Shown in pieces: positions 1 through 9,439 of a DNA stretch of 64,000 nt. Location of the stretch: contig JAJDBR010000109.1 in NCBI GenBank assembly GCA_029261275.1, forward strand, positions 2,627-66,626. Reading direction: 5' to 3'. This DNA is from Nitrospirales bacterium (GTDB lineage: Bacteria; Nitrospirota; Nitrospiria; Nitrospirales; UBA8639). Within the stretch, counting starts at the first letter, position 1. Every line of letters starts with the position of its first letter. A program made the translations under genes and the position numbers. The notes under the pieces are model-generated. The model searched no databases, had not been told where the DNA came from, and saw only the letters and a list, made by a program, of their open reading frames with translations.

Positions 1-152
1 AATCCTATTGGGAAGATCTGATCAATTGGAAGAAATTGGTGGATTATGGTCTGATTAGCCAGAAGGATTTATCACTATTCCATTACGCCGAAACAGCTGC
101 TGAAGCCTGGGGAATTATTGTCAGAGAACATCAAGAGGGGATTCATTCATGA
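1..152 (+). CDS. 3' end of LOG-family (TIGR00730-like Rossmann-fold) protein, partial
   Basis: Frame from nt 3 reads SYWEDLINWKKLVDYGLISQKDLSLFHYAETAAEAW...*, the typical LOG-family C-terminus. TGA 150-152 overlaps the next ATG (ATGA). Confidence 0.7.
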   Translation, partial: SYWEDLINWKKLVDYGLISQKDLSLFHYAETAAEAWGIIVREHQEGIHS

Positions 153-1546
153 AAATTTCTTTTCACGGCGCAGCTCGATCCGTCACAGGGAGTCGACATG
201 TGGTTGATGCTGGCAAGACTCGAATCCTGCTTGATTGTGGGATGTTCCAAGGCCAACGCGATCAAGCCCGAGTACGCAATCAGCATTTAGGGTTCGATCC
301 TAAATCCGTCGATGCGGTCTGTCTTTCTCACGCGCACATTGATCATTCCGGCGCCCTCCCCATGTTGGCCAAAGGGAAATATAAAGGTCGCGTTCATATG
401 ACCAGCGCCACTGCCGACTTAACCGAAATTCTGCTGGCTGACTCTGCACGTATCCAAGAAAATGATTGTCGATACGTGAATAAACTCGAACATCGTCGAG
501 GGCGGAAATGTGTGAGCCCGATCTACTCAAGAGATGATGCGCAAAAAATTGTTAAGCAATTTCACGGAGCTGGCTATACACAACCAGTCGCCCTCTCCCC
601 GAATGTGACGGCTAGGTTTCATGATGCGGGCCATATTATTGGATCGTCGGCGATCTGGCTTCAGCACAGAAATCGTGGACATTCGACCTCTCTGCTTTTT
701 TCCGGAGATTTGGGCCGTGCTAATATGCCTATTCTCCGTGATCCACATCCCCCTCCGCCTTGTGATGCCCTGATCATTGAATCTACGTATGGTGACCGCT
801 TACACAGTGACGAAGAAGATCGCCGGAAAGATGTGGCTAAACAACTGGTCCAACATGCTATTCAACATAAAAGTAAAATCATTGTTCCGGCATTTTCTGT
901 TGGTCGCACACAAGATATCATCATGCGCATTAAGACGTTGGTTAAGAATGGGGAAGTCGACCCTATCCCGATTTTCATCGATTCTCCTTTGGCTCTTAGA
1001 GCGACGAAAGTCTTTCGCCAACATCCAGAATGTTATGATGAAGAAACCTATCAAACCTTTACATCCAAAGGTGATATCTTTTCCGCCAAGTACATAAAAT
1101 TTATCTCAACGGCGAAAGACAGCAAACTCCTGAATCGACGGAAGGGACCCTGCGTCATTATTTCCGCTTCAGGTATGTGCGAAGGCGGGCGGGTGGTCCA
1201 TCATCTCAAACATGCCATTGAAGACGAAGACAATGTCATTGTAATCGTAGGGTTTCAAGCTGAGCATACTCTGGGACGGAAACTTGTGGAGGAATGGGAT
1301 ACGGTACCAATTTTTGGCAAACCTACACGACGACGTGCGCAAGTGGTTCGGCTTAACGGATTTTCCGCCCATGCTGATCGCAACGATTTGCTGTCATACG
1401 TACGCGCCATCACACCACTCCCACACAAAGTATTTGTGGTCCACGGGGAAGAACGACAATCCTTAGCCTTCGCCATGACGCTTCGTGATGAATTTCCCGG
1501 AATGGAAGTCGAAGTCCCCAAACCTGATTCCATACATGACGTATGA
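149..1546 (+). CDS. MBL-fold metallo-hydrolase, beta-CASP / RNA-specificity domain family
   Basis: HAHIDHSG metal motif, DAGHIIGS, SGDLG, ESTYG, SGMCEGGR, FSAHAD; 465 aa. Confidence 0.93.
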   Translation: MKISFHGAARSVTGSRHVVDAGKTRILLDCGMFQGQRDQARVRNQHLGFDPKSVDAVCLSHAHIDHSGALPMLAKGKYKGRVHMTSATADLTEILLADSARIQENDCRYVNKLEHRRGRKCVSPIYSRDDAQKIVKQFHGAGYTQPVALSPNVTARFHDAGHIIGSSAIWLQHRNRGHSTSLLFSGDLGRANMPILRDPHPPPPCDALIIESTYGDRLHSDEEDRRKDVAKQLVQHAIQHKSKIIVPAFSVGRTQDIIMRIKTLVKNGEVDPIPIFIDSPLALRATKVFRQHPECYDEETYQTFTSKGDIFSAKYIKFISTAKDSKLLNRRKGPCVIISASGMCEGGRVVHHLKHAIEDEDNVIVIVGFQAEHTLGRKLVEEWDTVPIFGKPTRRRAQVVRLNGFSAHADRNDLLSYVRAITPLPHKVFVVHGEERQSLAFAMTLRDEFPGMEVEVPKPDSIHDV

Positions 1547-1678
1547 GATGGCTAGCGGGAATTTCGCAGAAACCATTTCTGTTTTCGAACAGAGGCTTGT
1601 GGCAGTATAAAGCCCATCATAGATTCGAGACTCATGGGCTTACAGTACAAAGGAAATTGCTATTAATAATATGAAATC

Positions 1679-1703
1679 GCCTTCCCACAAAACATGGGAA
1701 GGC
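1679..1703 (-). terminator. Hairpin between convergent genes, probable intrinsic terminator
   Basis: Perfect 9-bp stem GCCTTCCCA/TGGGAAGGC, 7-nt loop; only a weak T-rich tail on the minus strand. Confidence 0.5.
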
Positions 1704-1735
1704 CAGGAGTGTGAGAGGGGGAATGAAGGATTTGC

Positions 1736-2116
1736 TTATTCTAGTTCAACCTGATCATCGACATTTCGGATAAATATCGCGCGTCCAGCGTAATTCACAT
1801 AGGCATCAATCCAATCCCCCTTATGGGCAGGTCGATCAATCTCCGTATTTTCATCAACTGGGACCCGAACTTCGCTTTGGGATTTAGTGGACACCACATA
1901 CGCAGCTCCTTCAATACGATGAACTTGGCCTCGAACCTTTGTGACCACCCCATTTCTCATCGTTGGGTCTTCTTGTAGCTGTTGGTACCCTTTCGTTCCT
2001 TCTACAATCCCTAATCCTAAGGCGGCCTGGTGTGATGTCCCCTCCGGCATAGAGTTCGCACACCCGGCGAGCCCAACCACACTTATGATACAAATCATTC
2101 CTTGAAACCTCATCAT
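1736..2116 (-). CDS. Hypothetical lipoprotein with small OB-fold-like C-terminal domain
   Basis: Signal peptide with lipobox LAGC, SD-like GGAG upstream; C-terminal half resembles the protein at 37102-37419. Confidence 0.7.
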   Translation of the reverse strand: MMRFQGMICIISVVGLAGCANSMPEGTSHQAALGLGIVEGTKGYQQLQEDPTMRNGVVTKVRGQVHRIEGAAYVVSTKSQSEVRVPVDENTEIDRPAHKGDWIDAYVNYAGRAIFIRNVDDQVELE

Positions 2117-2473
2117 AATTAGACTCCTTTTTTCGAGGGAATTGATGACCTTGTTATCCTATCATAATCCTTAAAGGTGTCTAGGAAACAAAACACAACT
2201 TCTTTCTAACCATAGGATAGTTCTCTTCACTGTATCTTTTTAAAATGAGAAAAGGTGCTTGTTCAAACCCTGATATTGATTGACGTACGAGGCGTTTTCT
2301 TTTACCCTCTTCAGTACCCAGTTTGATTAGAACTTTGGAATTCCAGTAGAATCTCCTCTTAGAATTTTCTCTATACTTCTGTATTCAACCCCCTCAGGCA
2401 CGATGGCACAAGGTGATTTCCTTACCTTCATGCGTAAGTGCCACATATTTATTTCTTATCCAAGGAGGTTCAG

Positions 2474-2680
2474 ATGGCGACTATTGCTCGTGTCACCGAA
2501 ATCATTGCCGGTTCCCCAAAAAGCTTTGATGATGCGATGGCTGCAGGGATCAAACGTGCAAATAAGACTCTTAAAAACGTCTCAGGGGCTTGGATTAAAG
2601 ATCAATCTGTCAAGATTGAAAAAGGCAAAATTGTGCAATATCGCGTCACGATGAAAATAACGTTTATCTTGGCCAATTAA
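2474..2680 (+). CDS. Dodecin family protein (flavin/CoA-binding)
   Basis: MATIARVTEIIAGSPKSFDDAM...YRVTMKITF; SD AAGGAGGT at 2462-2469 supports ATG 2474 rather than 2438. Confidence 0.9.
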   Translation: MATIARVTEIIAGSPKSFDDAMAAGIKRANKTLKNVSGAWIKDQSVKIEKGKIVQYRVTMKITFILAN

Positions 2681-2755
2681 TAGAAAGAAGAAGGAGGAGG
2701 ACATCACATTGTAGATGTCCTCCTTCATCCACCACTTTTTCCACGCTAGCCAACC

Positions 2756-3619
2756 ATGTTTGACGCTATTCCTCACCCCTACCTCGTACCGACCGACAAT
2801 TCGTTTCGGTCCGATGGCGCTCATACCCAGCCTCCCAAGTCAGCACCGGGCAAAAAGCTTTGTGAAAATCGCTTACAAAAATTCATCAAACGATTAGGTG
2901 ACTTGCAACGCCGCCTATATGCCCATGATCGTTTTTCTGTATTACTCATCTTCCAAGCTATGGATGCCGCTGGGAAAGACGGCACAATTCGCGCAGTGAT
3001 GAAAGGAATCAATCCTGCGGGTTGTCAAGTCTTCTCATTCAAACAGCCCACACATCTGGAACTAGATCATGATTTTTTATGGCGCACTTCCTGCCGTCTT
3101 CCAGAACGAGGTCGTATTGGTATTTTCAACCGCAGTTACTACGAAGAGGTGTTAGTCATTCGGGTTCACCCCGAATATCTCAAAAACCAGAAACTCCCCA
3201 TGCCCATTCGCCCTCACATATGGGAAGAACGCTATGAATCAATCCGCAATCACGAACTTCACCTAGCCCGCAACGGAACGATTATTTTAAAATTTTGGCT
3301 TCATGTCTCAAAAGACGAGCAATGCCAGCGACTGCTCTCGCGCTTGACTGAGCCAGAGAAACATTGGAAATTTTCCCAACAAGACCTTGAAGAACGGAAA
3401 CTCTGGAAAAAATACATGGCTGCCTATGAATCCGCCGTCAATGCGACCTCGCAACCTTGGGCTCCTTGGTATGCCATTCCTGCGGACAATAAGCCGTTCA
3501 TGCGCATGTGTGTCGCAGAAATTATTACACAAACCCTTGAAAAGCTGGACTTGCATTATCCCACAGTCAGTAAAGCAAAACGTCAAACTTTCGCCAAATT
3601 TTGCAAACAGCTTCAATAG
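2756..3619 (+). CDS. ppk2: PPK2-family polyphosphate:nucleotide phosphotransferase
   Basis: QAMDAAGKDG Walker A, FNRSYYEEVL, KFWLHVSKDEQ, WYAIPADNK motifs. Confidence 0.95.
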   Translation: MFDAIPHPYLVPTDNSFRSDGAHTQPPKSAPGKKLCENRLQKFIKRLGDLQRRLYAHDRFSVLLIFQAMDAAGKDGTIRAVMKGINPAGCQVFSFKQPTHLELDHDFLWRTSCRLPERGRIGIFNRSYYEEVLVIRVHPEYLKNQKLPMPIRPHIWEERYESIRNHELHLARNGTIILKFWLHVSKDEQCQRLLSRLTEPEKHWKFSQQDLEERKLWKKYMAAYESAVNATSQPWAPWYAIPADNKPFMRMCVAEIITQTLEKLDLHYPTVSKAKRQTFAKFCKQLQ

Positions 3620-3720
3620 GGCTCAAAACCACTTGAAGCCCATACATGGCACACATTTACCTCATACCTCTAGCATAGCATTGACCTTTGCGAGTGCCTC
3701 TCACGAAAGAACACCACTAA

Positions 3721-4884
3721 ATGATTGAAGGATTCGGAAAAGAGATTCAAGCAGTCTGGGACATTGGGGTCTTCGGAACGAACCTAGGTGAAATTTTTCA
3801 GGCCATGGGGATCTTTTTCCTCTTTATTCTTGCGAGACGAATATTTTTTCGCACCACCATGAAGTCACTCAAATTGCTCGCAAAAAAAACTGAAACCGAT
3901 GTGGATGATCAGGTCATTGCTGCGCTCGAACATCCGCTTGAATTTGCCTTTGTCGTAATTGGACTCTATTTCGCAGGACAATTTGTCACGTTATCCGACA
4001 CGGCCATTCATCTACTCGCGCAATTGGTACGTTCTCTTATTGCCTTAACCCTCTTCTGGGCAATTTATCGAGTGGTAGATCCGCTCTCATCCCTCTTCGA
4101 CCGAGCCATTGGTCTTTTCGGCAGTGAAAGCATGCACGAAACAGTAAAAGGCTTCTTTGTGAAATTGATCAAGGCCATTATCGTCTGCTTGGGAATCGCC
4201 GCAATTTTTCAGGAATGGGGGTTTAATGTGGCAGCCGTACTGGGAAGCTTAGGGCTGGTAGGCATGGCTGTGGCCCTCGGCGCTCAGGATTTTATTGCCA
4301 ACATGTTTGCAGGGCTTACCATCTTTCTCGATCGTCTATTTGAAAAAGGCAACTGGATCAAATCGCCTGATGTCGAAGGGAATGTGGAAGCGATCGGCTT
4401 TCGAGCCACAAAAATTCGGCGGTTTGATAAAGCGCTCGTCACCATCCCAAATGCCAAACTCGCCAACGAAGCACTCATTAACTATTCTCGCATGACTCAA
4501 CGCCGGATTTATTGGAGCATTGGTGTAGAATACCGAACCACTCAAGATCAACTACGAGCAATCATTCGAGACATTTCTGAGTACCTTCATTCCCATCCGA
4601 ATTTTGAAACCGACCCGAAAAAGACCAAAACGTTTGTCTTTTTAGATACCTTTGGTGCTTCGAGCATTGATATCATGTTGTACTGTTTTACCAAAACGAC
4701 AGTTTGGGGGGAGTGGTTAGCGGTAAAAGAAGCCTTGGCCTATAAGATCAAGGAGATTGTAGAAGGTCACGGAACCGCGTTCGCATTCCCTTCAACATCT
4801 CTCTATGTTGAATCTCTTCCCTTGGGAATCCCAGAAGCCTTTACCCCCCCAAATCCATCGCAACCTCATCTCCCTAATCCCTAG
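3721..4884 (+). CDS. Small-conductance mechanosensitive channel, MscS/YnaI-like
   Basis: Multiple TM helices, GLVGMAVALGAQD, GNVEAIGFRATKIR, IPNAKL, AFAFPS. Confidence 0.93.
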   Translation: MIEGFGKEIQAVWDIGVFGTNLGEIFQAMGIFFLFILARRIFFRTTMKSLKLLAKKTETDVDDQVIAALEHPLEFAFVVIGLYFAGQFVTLSDTAIHLLAQLVRSLIALTLFWAIYRVVDPLSSLFDRAIGLFGSESMHETVKGFFVKLIKAIIVCLGIAAIFQEWGFNVAAVLGSLGLVGMAVALGAQDFIANMFAGLTIFLDRLFEKGNWIKSPDVEGNVEAIGFRATKIRRFDKALVTIPNAKLANEALINYSRMTQRRIYWSIGVEYRTTQDQLRAIIRDISEYLHSHPNFETDPKKTKTFVFLDTFGASSIDIMLYCFTKTTVWGEWLAVKEALAYKIKEIVEGHGTAFAFPSTSLYVESLPLGIPEAFTPPNPSQPHLPNP

Positions 4885-5075
4885 GAAAAAAACCTTCACG
4901 AGATCCTGCATGTCTCCACAAATTTCTCCAGAAACCAAGAGACTCCTACATACGTTTCATATTTCAATCTCTATTGACCCATTGATGATTCTTCCCTAGG
5001 ATAAAATCTCCACATCCAAATAAAGCAGGTTTTGAGAATGAATCACGAGACGTTCTTCTGCTCTCCCGTATCCTG

Positions 5076-6839
5076 TTGCCCATGACCATACGAAAAACTT
5101 TTCGACTCGTCCTCATCAAGCCTTCGCATTATGATGATGATGGCTATGTGATCCAATGGCTACGGTCTTCGATTCCTTCCAACACCTTAGCCGCCCTCTA
5201 TGGCTTAGTTCTCGATTGTGCCAACCGGCACGTTCTGGGAGAAGATGTTGAGTTAGTCGTTGAGCCTTACGATGAAACGAACACGGTGCTGCCCATCAAA
5301 ACAATCATTCAATCCATTAAGGAATCGGGGAATGGACTGGTCGGATTGGTTGGAGTACAAACGAATCAATTTCCTCATGCGGTAGATTTGGCCGATCATT
5401 TCCTCCAGGCCAATATTCCCGTGGCGATTGGTGGGTTTCATATTAGTGGTTGCTTAGCCATGCTGCCTACCTTACCACCTGACATACAGCAAGCCATGGA
5501 CAAGGGGATTACCCTGTATGCAGGAGAAGCCGAAGAACATCTGGACGTATTTCTCCAAGACGCCTATCACCATCGACTCAAACCGCTCTACAACGTGATG
5601 GACCAACTCCCCAGTCTCCAAGAAGCCCCGTCGCCTTTTCTGCCCGCCCACATTATTAACAAGACACTTCGTCGCCTCACGAGTTTTGATGCCGGCCGCG
5701 GCTGCCCATTCCAATGTAGCTTTTGTACGATTATCAATGTGCAAGGTCGAAAATCGCGTTGGCGGTCGGCAGAGGACATTGAAGCCCTCATTCGAGCGAA
5801 TGTACAGCAAGGTATCCGTCGGTTTTTTATTACTGACGATGACTTTGCACGAAATAAGGACTGGGAAGCCATTTTAGATCGCTTCATTGCGATGCGTGAA
5901 AACGAACACCTTCCCATTTCGTTTACGATTCAAGTTGATACACTCTGTCATAAAATTCCAAGATTTATTGAAAAATGCGCCAGAGCAGGATGTCGCAATG
6001 TGTTCATTGGGTTAGAAAACATCAACCCCGACTCGTTGGTTGGTGCAAAAAAGCGTCAGAATAAAATTTGGGAATACCGCAAAATGGCCCAAATGTGGAA
6101 AGACCATGGCTGCACCACCGTCGCCGGCTACATCCTGGGATTTCCTGGCGACACACCAGAAACCATTGCTCGTGATATCGAAATTATCAAAAATGAAATA
6201 CCGTTAGATTGTCTGGAGTTTTTCTGTCTTACGCCACTGCCAGGGTCAGAAGATCATAAGGTACTTGACCAGCAGGGTGTGTTGATGGAGCCAGATATGA
6301 ATTTCTATGATTTAGAACATGTCACAGTCACCCACCCCATTATGTCCAAAGAGATCTGGCAACGAGTCTACCAAACAGCTTGGAGACAATATTACACACC
6401 AGAACATGTGGAAACAGTGATTCGCCGAGCTGCTGCCAAAGGGCAAAATATTAACAAGGTGACCTCTTTGCTCACATGGTTTTATGGCTGCACGACCATT
6501 GAAGGTGTACACCCACTGGAAGGTGGCATCTTTCGCCGCAAAATTCGAGCCTTGCGACGTCCAACCCTTCCACGAGAAAACCCGCTATGGTTTTACCCAA
6601 AGCGGGTTTTTGAAGTATGGCAAACAGGGCTTAAATGGGGACTGTTGGTCTGGAGGTTTCAATCAATTTTAAAACAGGTCAAGGCTGACCCAAACAAAAA
6701 CGCCTATACCGACCTCGCCTTGACTCCCGTTCTCGAACAAGAAGATGAAGACTTCGGACTTATGCAAGTTTTTTCAAGCCACATTCCTGTTTCTCAATTC
6801 ACCCACCCCAGCAAATCCAGCACAGCGTCCGCGTCCTAA
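5076..6839 (+). CDS. Cobalamin-binding-domain radical SAM protein
   Basis: CPFQCSFC (CxxxCxxC), GRGCP, FITDDDF, GLENINP, GYILGFP; N-terminal B12-binding-like region (GVQTNQFPHA...GGFHISG). Confidence 0.88.
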   Translation: MPMTIRKTFRLVLIKPSHYDDDGYVIQWLRSSIPSNTLAALYGLVLDCANRHVLGEDVELVVEPYDETNTVLPIKTIIQSIKESGNGLVGLVGVQTNQFPHAVDLADHFLQANIPVAIGGFHISGCLAMLPTLPPDIQQAMDKGITLYAGEAEEHLDVFLQDAYHHRLKPLYNVMDQLPSLQEAPSPFLPAHIINKTLRRLTSFDAGRGCPFQCSFCTIINVQGRKSRWRSAEDIEALIRANVQQGIRRFFITDDDFARNKDWEAILDRFIAMRENEHLPISFTIQVDTLCHKIPRFIEKCARAGCRNVFIGLENINPDSLVGAKKRQNKIWEYRKMAQMWKDHGCTTVAGYILGFPGDTPETIARDIEIIKNEIPLDCLEFFCLTPLPGSEDHKVLDQQGVLMEPDMNFYDLEHVTVTHPIMSKEIWQRVYQTAWRQYYTPEHVETVIRRAAAKGQNINKVTSLLTWFYGCTTIEGVHPLEGGIFRRKIRALRRPTLPRENPLWFYPKRVFEVWQTGLKWGLLVWRFQSILKQVKADPNKNAYTDLALTPVLEQEDEDFGLMQVFSSHIPVSQFTHPSKSSTASAS

Positions 6840-7707
6840 CGTTAATTGTCAATTGTTGAGACTGCCCCTGGCTCAGGAAGAGCTATACCCTGAAATAGCT
6901 TGACCGCATTATCCCCGTATTTCTGTCCTTTCTTAATGGCTTTTCGGTTATGGATTTTTTTCCATTCCTAAATCCCTGTAAAATACAGGGGCCTTTATTG
7001 TGACGAATGAAAAGAATAGGACAGAGCAAAAAACAAAGAGGAAGGCTAGTGGAAGGCAAAGGGGAATTCTGTTGGAGCGAGCGAAGGATGCGTCGTTGTT
7101 TTGAATATACCTTTCTAGCAAGAGATTCTTGAATTTCCTAGTGCTGTTGTAATGGAATAACTTCTCCCAAACCTACTTGCCGTATTACGGCATGAGGTTG
7201 GACTACCCGCCACGACTGAAAACTCCACACAAGATATCCAGATTTTCATATTGTCCTTCTTGCCTCTCTTACTCATGGAGTATGCGCAAGGCTTATCCAT
7301 TTTAAGCATTTGCTCTTCATACGGTATTTTTAGCTTCCTTCAAAACACGAGGACCATACATCGACGATTCCTCTGGTTTCATTAGGAATATCCTCTCATG
7401 CAGGCACCATCTGGCCTACAACAACGAATAATTTTTGTGACCCTCATGATGAATGATAGACAGAAACGAGAAAACGTTTGGAGCCAAAATGTCTCGAATG
7501 GTGGGCGAACTTTTAATTCTGCGCTTTGCGTTGAATAATAGCAACCCCCTACACATTGACTCTTTCTACTATTTATTGATTGTGATAGAACCTTTATTGA
7601 GATGAGGAAAATACTGCAAAATCATACTATTGTATACATGTTCGGATTTATGTTTTTTATGTCTGTTACCCAACAATTGGTTGGGCATCTCACAAAGGAG
7701 GGTGATT

Positions 7708-8139
7708 ATGACTGAAGGTACTGCAGGCATGTTTAGTGGGCATAATACTAAGGGGCGTGTGCTCATTGTGGATGATGAGCCGGATGTCCGCAAGGTCATC
7801 AAGATGGCTTTAACCAAGGCCGGCTACGACGTGATTGAAGCCGAAGATGGCGAAAAAGCCATTGCTGCCATCAAAGAAGGCGAGAACCCCCTTCTTTTGG
7901 ATGTCATTATTTCGGACATTCGCATGCCAAAGGTCAATGGAGTAGAAGCCATTAACTATTTCCAACAACAATGGCCTAGTGTTCCATTAATTGTTTTGAC
8001 CGGGTTCCCAGATATGGAAATGGCCACTGGGTTTATCAAAAAAGGCATCGTGGATTATCTTGTCAAACCAGTCGAAAAGGAAAAACTGACTGCGGCCGTG
8101 GCCAAAGCGATTGATCAGAGAGAAATTACTCGTTTGTAA
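7708..8139 (+). CDS. Single-domain response regulator (REC only)
   Basis: IVDDE, ISDIRMP phosphoacceptor, VLTG, VKP; SD AAGGAGG precedes ATG 7708. Confidence 0.93.
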   Translation: MTEGTAGMFSGHNTKGRVLIVDDEPDVRKVIKMALTKAGYDVIEAEDGEKAIAAIKEGENPLLLDVIISDIRMPKVNGVEAINYFQQQWPSVPLIVLTGFPDMEMATGFIKKGIVDYLVKPVEKEKLTAAVAKAIDQREITRL

Positions 8140-8223
8140 CGGGTCTCATTTCCGGTGTTTTTAGCTTGCGCTCAGGGCGCTGTGGGAACAGCACTCAATG
8201 GGGAAAAAGCTCCAAAATTTCCT

Positions 8224-8252
8224 AAAGCCCTATCAAGTTTTGGTAGGGCTTT
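8224..8252 (+). terminator. Intrinsic terminator after REC gene
   Basis: AAAGCCCTATCAA-GTT-TTGGTAGGGCTTT 13-bp stem (one G-U pair) followed by ATACTTTATTT. Confidence 0.7.
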
Positions 8253-8350
8253 ATACTTTATTTGAAATTGAATCCGTTCGATCGGTACACGGGCTTCCCC
8301 CGACCCTGGGTCCAACTCAATGACATTCACCACAATAAGAATAAGGCAAC

Positions 8351-9433
8351 ATGACACATACCCAAGGAGAAACTCCTCTCGTGTCCGAACGGCAAGCTGA
8401 AACCCAACCACGAATCAATGTGGTCATTCTTGGAGCGGGGAAAGGCGGGAGGGCCTTACTGGAATCCTTCCTTAACTTGCCTAGAATTCACCTTATTGGA
8501 GTTGCTGACAAAGATGAAAAGGCACCAGGGCTCAAACTCGCTCGCCGGCATCACATCCCCACCACTCAAGATGCCCTGCCGCTCATTCAACAACCCGACA
8601 TTCACTTAATTGTGGATGTGACAGGTGATCCATCTTTCTCCCAAAACATTTATCGTCATAAACATCCAAACGCAGAAGTGTTGGGAGGAGCTGCCTCCAA
8701 GGTGCTGTGGGACATCATCCAACATGAATCCCTGATGCAAACGCGATTATTCCAAGCTGAAAAATTGGCGGGCATGGGCACCTTTGCATCCGGCATTGCA
8801 CATGACATCAACAATCCGTTGTACATCATTCTGGCCATGGCCGAAGCTATTCAAGATGAAACGGACACCGCTAGCATCCATCAATATGCAACCAGTATCC
8901 GCGACGCCGCGCAACGCATCCAAACCATTTCTCAAAATATCACTCACTATGCCCGCGCGTCGCAGTCGGAAGAGTCCTTTCCGGTTCCCGTCCAGGAAAC
9001 GCTCGATGAAGCCTTAAAAATCGCGAAGTTTGCGACAAAATTCCATGAAATCACCGTGATCCAAAACTATCATGATCATATCACGATCGATTCCAAGCCT
9101 GAGGAACTTCTGCAAGTGTTTGTCAATCTTATGATCAACGCCATCCATGCAATGGAGAACCAAGGCCTCCTGACACTCACGGCAGAAAACCAAAATGGGG
9201 TGGTTCTAGTATCTATTGCCGATACCGGCAAGGGAATTTCTGCCGAACACTTACCAAAAATTTTCGACCCGTTTTTTACCACAAAGGCGCCAGGAAAAGG
9301 CACGGGCTTGGGCTTGTATAATGTCCGTTCCATCGTGCGAAAATATAAAGGAGAGCTCACCGTAGACAGCCAAGTTGGGAAAGGCACCATCTTCTCCATT
9401 GTTTTCCCATCCGTTGACCCCACTCACAAGTGA
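8351..9433 (+). CDS. Cytoplasmic sensor histidine kinase with N-terminal NAD(P)-binding Rossmann-like domain
   Basis: VVILGAGKGG (GxGxxG) and VADKD; H-box AHDINNP; N-box NLMINA; DTGKG, FFTTK, GTGLGL; no TM helix. Confidence 0.92.
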   Translation: MTHTQGETPLVSERQAETQPRINVVILGAGKGGRALLESFLNLPRIHLIGVADKDEKAPGLKLARRHHIPTTQDALPLIQQPDIHLIVDVTGDPSFSQNIYRHKHPNAEVLGGAASKVLWDIIQHESLMQTRLFQAEKLAGMGTFASGIAHDINNPLYIILAMAEAIQDETDTASIHQYATSIRDAAQRIQTISQNITHYARASQSEESFPVPVQETLDEALKIAKFATKFHEITVIQNYHDHITIDSKPEELLQVFVNLMINAIHAMENQGLLTLTAENQNGVVLVSIADTGKGISAEHLPKIFDPFFTTKAPGKGTGLGLYNVRSIVRKYKGELTVDSQVGKGTIFSIVFPSVDPTHK

Positions 9434-9439
9434 TTTCAT

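Noticed and set aside
7080-7700. Small ORFs 7115-7309 and 7569-7817
   Set aside because: No recognisable homology or consistent SD; the second is antisense to the REC gene. Treated as promoter or decayed DNA.
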